Assembly: GCA_045805725.1 (NCBI GenBank)
Contig: JBJMKQ010000069.1
Location: 8,813-72,812 of the forward strand
From: Solirubrobacterales bacterium
GTDB taxonomy: Bacteria > Actinomycetota > Thermoleophilia > Solirubrobacterales > 70-9
Length of the DNA: 64,000 nt
Direction: 5' to 3'
The first letter of the stretch is position 1. Each line of letters starts with the position of its first letter. Both the position numbers and the translations under genes were made by a program. Shown here one piece after another: positions 58,282 through 64,000 of the stretch. Under the pieces are notes generated by a model that had not been told where the DNA came from, searched no databases, and worked only from the letters and a program-made list of their open reading frames with translations.

Positions 58282-58614
58282 CTAGCCTGAATCACTCATA
58301 ATCGGCCCTGGGTTGAGCTGATGCAGTACGACTAACTCGCCGTCGATTTTGTGGGTGGTCTCGGTCAAGGACCCCGCCATGAGGTAAGACGTCGCCATTG
58401 CGACGGCGACGGCCGCGCCTTCCGTATTTCCCGTGCCACTTACCGCGACGTTCCGGATCACGGTGATGATCGTTCCTCCGGCAGCAGCACCAGCGCCGGC
58501 TAGCCATGCGACGCGTTTCCGCCGATTCAGCGGCGAGGTATGCCGCAACGTGACCGACTGAAGGAGCGTCTCAGTGGCCGCCGCCTGTTCGTTTCGCTGA
58601 TGGAGGCGCTCCAA
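58282..58614 (-). CDS. orphan hypothetical protein in a lower-GC pocket
   Basis: 110-aa ORF with a TTG start. Two Gly/Ala-rich hydrophobic stretches (VAWLAGAGAAAGGTIITVI and AAVAVAMATSYLMAG). Third-position GC is still biased, so coding is plausible but unproven. Confidence 0.35.
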   Translation of the reverse strand: MERLHQRNEQAAATETLLQSVTLRHTSPLNRRKRVAWLAGAGAAAGGTIITVIRNVAVSGTGNTEGAAVAVAMATSYLMAGSLTETTHKIDGELVVLHQLNPGPIMSDSG

Positions 58615-58702
58615 GACCCGTTCCTGGGTTCGCGCCGAGTTTCCGAGCGCTCGAAAGCGTCTTGAACAGTCATAGGCATTTTAGAATATGGAAAGCACGC
58701 GA

Positions 58703-59518
58703 CTACGTACCGCAAAGTAAAAGGGCGGCCCAATCGTCCCCTTGACGGCGGTCGACCTCGCGCAGGCCGGCAGGTTCGAATGCGCCTGCAACCTCATCGA
58801 GCTCGATCGGGAGGATGCCTGAGCACACAAGCGTTTGTGGTGCCTCCTCAAGTTGCGAGGCGACGGCCTTGAGGACCGGAGAAGTCATGTTGGCTATGAC
58901 GGTCGTGGCCAGGACGGGGAGGCGTTCGCGGAGGTTCATGCGCTCAAGGTCGAGCTGGACGTCGTTGGCGTCAGCATTTTCCTTGGCAGCTTGAAGAGCG
59001 GCCGGCTCGTGGTCGTAGGCGCGGATCGGAGACCAGCCGAGCTTCGCCGCCGCGATTGCCAGCACGCCGGAGCCGGTTCCCAGGTCGACCAGCTCTCCTT
59101 CGGCTTCCCCGCCCGCTTGGAGCTCGCAGAGGAACTCGAGACACAGCCGCGTGGTCGGGTGGGCGCCGGTGCCGAAAGCTTGGCCGGGATCGACGACGAC
59201 ATCGATCGCACCCTCTCGCGGCAACTCCCACGACGGTCGCAGCCAGAGGCGGTCGGCGACCAGGAGCGGCTTGTGGAAGTCGCGCCAGCGGTCGGCCCAG
59301 TCGTCGGGAACCTCGGCCGAGCTGACCTCGACCCGGCCGCCGCCGATCGCCGCGTCGAGGTCGCCCAGCTCGGGCAGCTCACCCGCGCCGCCGTAGATCG
59401 CGTACTCGACGTAGCCGGTACCGCGCTCCTCCTCGACCCCGTTCGGAGCGAGCACCGTCAGCTCGGCGAGGACGAGGTCCGCCTGCTCAGGCGCGCAGCG
59501 GACCGCGAGGCGGATCAA
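58703..59518 (-). CDS. prmA: ribosomal protein L11 methyltransferase
   Basis: 271 aa. [20 protein letters not shown] and [13 protein letters not shown] motifs. 4-nt overlap with dnaJ. Confidence 0.85.
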   Translation of the reverse strand: MIRLAVRCAPEQADLVLAELTVLAPNGVEEERGTGYVEYAIYGGAGELPELGDLDAAIGGGRVEVSSAEVPDDWADRWRDFHKPLLVADRLWLRPSWELPREGAIDVVVDPGQAFGTGAHPTTRLCLEFLCELQAGGEAEGELVDLGTGSGVLAIAAAKLGWSPIRAYDHEPAALQAAKENADANDVQLDLERMNLRERLPVLATTVIANMTSPVLKAVASQLEEAPQTLVCSGILPIELDEVAGAFEPAGLREVDRRQGDDWAALLLCGT

Positions 59519-60627
59519 CCGAAGGCCCGCCGCACCCGGCCGAAGAGCCCCTCCCCGTGCTGGGGGGCGAGGTTCTCGTCGCCGAGCGTCCCGTCCAAGC
59601 GGGCGGTCAGCTGGCGCTGCTCGTCGCTGAGATTGGTCGGCACGAAGACCTCGAGGAGCACCCGCTGGTTGCCGCGGCGACGGCCGCTGAGGCGCGGCAG
59701 TCCCAGACCCTTGAGCACGTACTGGTGCCCCGGCTGCGTCCCCGGCACCACCTCGATCTCCTCCTCTCCCTCGAGGGTCGGCACCGTGATCGTCGTCCCC
59801 AGCATCGCCTCGGTGGCGGGGATCGAGACGGTGCTGATCAGGTCGATCCCATCACGCTCGAAACGTTCGTCCTCGGCGATCCGGACCTCGACGTAGAGAT
59901 CCCCCGCGGGGGCCCCGGGCTCTCCCCGGTGGCCGCCGCCGGCGATCCGCATCCGCTGGCCCTCTTCGATCCCGGCGGGCACGTCGATCGCGCTGGTGCG
60001 GCTCTGCCGGGTGCGGCCGCTGCCGCCGCAGGTCTCGCAGGGTGTCTGCGGGATCTTCCCGGCGCCGCCGCAGACGTCGCAGACGGTGCTGCGGACCATC
60101 TGCCCGAAGGGGGTGCGGGTCACCTGGCGCAGCTCGCCGGCGCCGGCGCAGCGCTCGCAGGTGGTGATCGGGGTTCCCGGCTCCGCGCCGTTGCCGTGGC
60201 AGTGCTCGCAGGCATCCACCACCCCGTAGGCGATCTCGCGCCGCGCGCCCGTCGCCACCTCGGCCAGCTCGATCTCCACCTCGACGGCGATGTCCCCGCC
60301 TGCCACCGCCCTGCGGCCGCCGCCGAAGCCGAAGCCCCCGCCGCCGAAGAACGCCTGGAAGATGTCGTCGATCGAGCCGAAGCCGGCGCCCGGGTCATAG
60401 CCGCCGGAGCGCAGCCCCTCGTGCCCGTAGGCGTCGTAGGTGCTGCGGCGCTCGGCGTCGGAGAGGACCTCGTAGGCCTCGGCCGCCTCCTTGAAGCGGT
60501 CCTCGGCGTCGGGCTCCTCGTTGACGTCGGGATGCAGCTCCCGCGCCAGCCGGCGGAACGCCTTCTTGATCTCGGTCTCGCCCGCCTCCCGGGGAACCCC
60601 GAGGACCTCGTAATAGTCCCGCGGCAT
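59515..60627 (-). CDS. dnaJ: molecular chaperone DnaJ
   Basis: 370 aa. J domain (DYYEVLGV...HPD), G/F region and four CxxCxGxG zinc motifs. Confidence 0.95.
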   Translation of the reverse strand: MPRDYYEVLGVPREAGETEIKKAFRRLARELHPDVNEEPDAEDRFKEAAEAYEVLSDAERRSTYDAYGHEGLRSGGYDPGAGFGSIDDIFQAFFGGGGFGFGGGRRAVAGGDIAVEVEIELAEVATGARREIAYGVVDACEHCHGNGAEPGTPITTCERCAGAGELRQVTRTPFGQMVRSTVCDVCGGAGKIPQTPCETCGGSGRTRQSRTSAIDVPAGIEEGQRMRIAGGGHRGEPGAPAGDLYVEVRIAEDERFERDGIDLISTVSIPATEAMLGTTITVPTLEGEEEIEVVPGTQPGHQYVLKGLGLPRLSGRRRGNQRVLLEVFVPTNLSDEQRQLTARLDGTLGDENLAPQHGEGLFGRVRRAFG

Positions 60628-60630
60628 CGG

Positions 60631-61659
60631 CTAGCTCGAGTAGACGGACTCGAAGTAGCGGGAGAGCTCGCGGGCCGCGTGGCGGACCGAGACGATCGCC
60701 GTCCCGTAGTCCATCCGCAGCGGCCCGACCACGCCGACCGCGCCGAGGTTGCGATGCGGGAGCCCGTAGTTGGCGCCGATCACGCTGACCGAGCGCAGCT
60801 CCGGCTGCGGGTTCTCGGCGCCAATCCAGAAGAAGACCGAGCGGCGGTCGAGCGAGGAGCGCAGCATCGCCAGCACCTCGGCCCGCCGCTCCAGCGCCGT
60901 CATCAGCTCGTCCGCGCGCGGCAGGTCCGGCCGGTGCGCGTCGGAGAGCAGCCGCGAGGCCCCCTCGACGTAGAGCTCGGTCCCGTCCTCGGCGACGAAG
61001 TCGGTGAAGGTGCTGCCGAGGGTGGCGATGAACTCAGACTCGACCCCGGAGAGGCCGGGATCGGCGAGGCGGGTGGCGATCATCCGCGCTCCCACCCCCA
61101 GGCCGGCGAGAGACTCGTTGAGGTAGCTCGACGCCCACTTGACCAAGCCATTGTCGACCGGGCGGTCGAAGTCAAAGACGCGCCGGGTGACTTCGCCGGT
61201 CGAGGCGATCGCGATCACCACCACCTTGCTGGGCTGCAGGCGCAGAACCTCGACCCGGTGGATCGTCGCCGTCAGGCTCGGCTGCGGCGCCGTCGCCATC
61301 GCCACCAGGTCCGTGACCTGGGCCAGTGCGGTCGTGGTCTCCCGCATCGCCTCATCAACCTCGCGGCGGAGCCGGGAGAGGTGCAGCTCGGTGTTCGGCT
61401 CCGCCGGCATCGAGCCCGACTCGAGCATCACATCGACGTAGTAGCGGTAGCCGGTGTCGGTGGGGACGCGGCCAGCGGAGGTGTGCGGGTGGGTGAGGTA
61501 GCCGGCCGCCTCCAGGGCGGCCAGCTCGGCCCGCACGGTCGAGGGGCCCCATTCCACCTCGGGCCGGTCCGCCACCTCCTTCGAGGGCACGGGTCGGGCG
61601 GAGTCGAGGTAGACCTCGACCACCAAACGAAGGATCAGCTCTTGCCGCTCGGAAAGCAT
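60631..61659 (-). CDS. hrcA: heat-inducible transcription repressor HrcA
   Basis: 342 aa, MLSERQELILRLVVEVYL...GPSTVRAELAALEAAGYLTHPHTSAGRVPT. Confidence 0.95.
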   Translation of the reverse strand: MLSERQELILRLVVEVYLDSARPVPSKEVADRPEVEWGPSTVRAELAALEAAGYLTHPHTSAGRVPTDTGYRYYVDVMLESGSMPAEPNTELHLSRLRREVDEAMRETTTALAQVTDLVAMATAPQPSLTATIHRVEVLRLQPSKVVVIAIASTGEVTRRVFDFDRPVDNGLVKWASSYLNESLAGLGVGARMIATRLADPGLSGVESEFIATLGSTFTDFVAEDGTELYVEGASRLLSDAHRPDLPRADELMTALERRAEVLAMLRSSLDRRSVFFWIGAENPQPELRSVSVIGANYGLPHRNLGAVGVVGPLRMDYGTAIVSVRHAARELSRYFESVYSS

Positions 61660-61692
61660 TAGTACATCTTAGGAATCAGAGGTGCGGGTCGT

Positions 61693-61775
61693 GGAGGGGG
61701 CGAGGTGACCTCCTCCAGACACTCAACATCCAGCCATGGCGAGATGTGTCTGGAGGAGGTCACCTCGCCCCCTCC
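61693..61775. repeat. long perfect hairpin, copy B of the palindromic repeat family
   Basis: 30-bp perfect stem (61693-61722 / 61746-61775) with the 23-nt loop TCAACATCCAGCCATGGCGAGAT (21/23 identical to copy A). It starts 6 nt after the stop at 61782-61784 and lies 33 nt upstream of the hrcA ATG. Confidence 0.85.
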
Positions 61776-61781
61776 CTACCG

Positions 61782-62174
61782 CTACAGCTGAAGTTCGGCC
61801 TCGGCGTTCTTGATCAGCGCGGTCTCGCCCTGACTGGCGACGGTGTCGACGACGACGCGGCCGCCCTCGGCGGATTTGACGCTGCCGGTGACGACGATCT
61901 CCTGCTCAGGGACGCCCATCCCGCGCATCTGCACCGAGAGGCGCCTCAGCGCCCGCGGGTCGCCACCGGCCAGCGCCGCGTTGGCCCTCGCCACCAGCCC
62001 CATCGAGTAGAGGCCGTGGAGGATGTTGCGCGGCAGCCCGACGGCTTTGGCGAACTCGTCGTCGATGTGGATCGGGTTGAAGTCCCCGGAGGCGCCGGCG
62101 TAGCGGTGCGGCAGGTACTTGTCGGGCGTCACCCGCAGCTCCGGGACCTGGTCGCCCACGTTCAATTCGGCCAT
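61782..62174 (-). CDS. MaoC-like (R)-specific dehydratase subunit (HadB-like)
   Basis: 130 aa, hot-dog fold motif SGDFNPIHIDDEFAKAVGLP. Confidence 0.8.
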   Translation of the reverse strand: MAELNVGDQVPELRVTPDKYLPHRYAGASGDFNPIHIDDEFAKAVGLPRNILHGLYSMGLVARANAALAGGDPRALRRLSVQMRGMGVPEQEIVVTGSVKSAEGGRVVVDTVASQGETALIKNAEAELQL

Positions 62175-62175
62175 C

Positions 62176-62616
62176 TCAAACCCCCCTCACGATCAGCGTC
62201 CAGGTGCCACGCGCGACCTGGGCGCCGTCCTGGTTGACCGAGTTCGTCTCGAACACGTAGAAGCCTTTGCCCTCCTTCTCCTCGATCGAGACGCAGCTGG
62301 CGGTGGTCGCAACCTCGTCGCCCGAGCAGGCCGGCTCGTCCCACTCGAACTGCTGGCCGCCGTGGACCATCGCCGCGAAGTTCATCGCCACCTCGGGGTC
62401 GAACATCGCCGGCGCGATAGCCGGGCTGCTGTAGACGACCGCGAACATCGGCGGCGCCACCACGTCGTGGAAGCCGGCCGCGCGCGCCGCCTCGACGTCG
62501 AAGTGGACCGGGTTCTCGATCCCCAGCGCGTTCGCGTACTCCCTGATCTTCTCCCGCCCCACCTGATAGCTGGTGGACGGCCATTCCTTGCCAACTGCAT
62601 CGGTCTTTAGCGCCAT
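62176..62616 (-). CDS. MaoC-N / FAS1-DH-region dehydratase partner subunit (HadA/HadC-like)
   Basis: Trimmed to ATG 62616 (146 aa). Immediately precedes the HadB-like gene with a 1-nt gap, the usual heterodimer arrangement. Confidence 0.75.
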   Translation of the reverse strand: MALKTDAVGKEWPSTSYQVGREKIREYANALGIENPVHFDVEAARAAGFHDVVAPPMFAVVYSSPAIAPAMFDPEVAMNFAAMVHGGQQFEWDEPACSGDEVATTASCVSIEEKEGKGFYVFETNSVNQDGAQVARGTWTLIVRGV

Positions 62617-62782
62617 GGCGGGGCACAATAACTGGCTACGCGGCCAATGGGACTGTTTTGCCGAAACGCAGTCGACCTGGCGGCAATGCGGCCCCTCGCG
62701 CGGGTGGCCACGATTGCGAGGACTCCGCCGGTAGGCGGAGCCCGCAATCGGAGACAGGACCCGCCCGCCCAGCGCCCGCGCC

Positions 62783-64000
62783 TTACTCGTCAATCTCCAA
62801 CACCGCAAGGAAAGCCTCCTGCGGCACTTCGACCCGCCCCACCGCCTTCATCCGCTTCTTCCCCGCTTTCTGCTTCTTCAGCAGCTTGTTCTTGCGGGTG
62901 ACGTCGCCGCCGTAGAGCTTGGCGGTGACGTCCTTGCGCAGCGCCTTGACGGTCTCGCGAGCGAGGATGTTCGAGCCAACGGCGGCCTGCACCGGGACGT
63001 CGAAGAGCTGGCGGGGGATCGTCTTGCGCAGGCGGCCAACCAGGCGCTTGCCCTGGTCGTAGGCGAAGTCGCGGAAGACGATGATCGAGAGCGCGTCGAC
63101 CTTGTCGCCGGCGAGCAGGATGTCGACCTTGACCAGGTCGGAGACGCGGTTGCCGATCGGCTCGTAGTCGAGCGAGGCGTAGCCGCGGGTGGATGACTTC
63201 AGGAGGTCGAAGAAGTCGAGGACGATTTCGGCCAGCGGCAGGTCGTAGCGGATCTGAACCCGCTGCGGGCTGAGGAAATGCATGTCGACGTGAGTGCCGC
63301 GGCGGCCCTGGCAGAGCTCCATCACCGCCCCGACCTGCTCCTTCGGGCAGATGATCGTGGCCCGGATGTAGGGCTCTTCGATCGTCTCAATCGTGCCCGG
63401 GTCGGGCAGCTCGGTCGGGCTGTGGACCTCCTTGTGCTCGCCGTTGGTCAGGTTGACCTCGTAGCGGACGTTCGGCGTCGTCGCCAGCAGGTCGAGGTCG
63501 TACTCGCGCTCCAGCCGCTCGCGCACGATCTCCATGTGGAGCAGACCGAGGAAGCCGCAGCGGAAGCCGAAACCGAGCGCCTCTGAGGTCTCCGGCTCCC
63601 AGGAGAGGGCGGCGTCGTTCAGCGAGAGCTTCTCGAGCGCGTCGCGAAGGTCTTCGTAGCGGTCGGTGTCGATCGGGAAGAGGCCGCAGAAGACCATCGG
63701 CCGCACCTCGCGGTAGCCCTCCAGCGGCTCGGAGGCCGGGTTCCCCTGCGTGGTGAGAGTGTCGCCGACCCGCAGCTTGGTCACGTCCTTGATCCCGGTG
63801 ATCAGGTAGCCGACGTCGCCCGCGTCCATCCCCTCGACGGCGATCATCGTCGGCCGGAAGAAGCCGATGTCGTCGATGTCGGCCTCGGTCCCGTTCTGCA
63901 TCGCCAGGATGCGGTCGCGCTTGCGGAAGGAGCCGTCGACCATCCGCACGTAGGCAATGACGCCGCGGTAGGGGTCGAACTCGGAGTCGAAGATGAGGGC
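62783..64000 (-). CDS. lepA: translation elongation factor 4 (LepA), 3' part; gene continues beyond the window end
   Basis: C-terminal LepA sequence ...[27 protein letters not shown]...[25 protein letters not shown]. The frame remains open to position 64000. Confidence 0.95.
   Translation of the reverse strand, partial: ALIFDSEFDPYRGVIAYVRMVDGSFRKRDRILAMQNGTEADIDDIGFFRPTMIAVEGMDAGDVGYLITGIKDVTKLRVGDTLTTQGNPASEPLEGYREVRPMVFCGLFPIDTDRYEDLRDALEKLSLNDAALSWEPETSEALGFGFRCGFLGLLHMEIVRERLEREYDLDLLATTPNVRYEVNLTNGEHKEVHSPTELPDPGTIETIEEPYIRATIICPKEQVGAVMELCQGRRGTHVDMHFLSPQRVQIRYDLPLAEIVLDFFDLLKSSTRGYASLDYEPIGNRVSDLVKVDILLAGDKVDALSIIVFRDFAYDQGKRLVGRLRKTIPRQLFDVPVQAAVGSNILARETVKALRKDVTAKLYGGDVTRKNKLLKKQKAGKKRMKAVGRVEVPQEAFLAVLEIDE

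Noticed and set aside
61660-61692. Search for a CIRCE (TTAGCACTC-N9-GAGTGCTAA) or HAIR operator upstream of hrcA. The ACTCAAC in the hairpin loops resembles half of a HAIR site.
   Set aside because: No CIRCE-like inverted repeat is present, and the HAIR resemblance is a single 6-7 nt half-site.

Overview
High-GC (roughly 70%) actinobacterial-type chromosomal segment. Gene content and protein style suggest a Thermoleophilia/Solirubrobacterales-like Actinomycetota, but the taxon is inference only. I support about 70 protein genes, roughly 85% on the minus strand and mostly housekeeping: hppA, rex, tsaE/tsaB/rimI/tsaD, panBDC, a CUT2-type sugar ABC transporter plus a ROK kinase, uvrA, uvrB, coaE-rpsA, polA, malic enzyme, pfkA, hisIE-trpEGDC-htrA-trpFBA, era-ybeY-phoH, vapBC, murI, prmA-dnaJ-hrcA, a hadAB-like dehydratase pair and lepA. 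No rRNA, tRNA, CRISPR array or intact IS/transposase/integrase was seen. The many long antisense ORFs in the track are high-GC artefacts, and several track ORFs are Arg-rich 5' over-extensions that I trimmed. The best candidate for something new is a compact c-di-GMP module at 36.3-39.2 kb. It holds an HD-GYP phosphodiesterase gene. Divergent from it is a sequence that matches the GEMM-I (c-di-GMP-I) riboswitch core almost base for base, with a competing terminator. That element sits in front of a secreted protein of unknown function. The whole 2.6-kb block is bracketed by a 107-nt, ~95% identical direct repeat of the polA 5' coding end. The distal repeat copy is fused in frame to a DUF559 remnant with two TAG stops, next to a small palindromic element with 9-bp direct repeats and a 5'-truncated TfoX-like gene. 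Other observations: a three-member family of very long perfect hairpins (28-30 bp stems, compensatory arm differences, conserved loop) placed 6-12 nt after stop codons; a membrane-anchored ECF-like sigma factor with a ~235-aa Gly/Ser/Asp tail next to an acidic secreted protein; a Cheo-type SOS box at uvrA but not uvrB; tsaB without a canonical start codon; a translationally coupled 38-aa membrane micro-ORF; and a lower-GC orphan gene. All calls come from reading the sequence and the ORF translations by eye; no database search was run.
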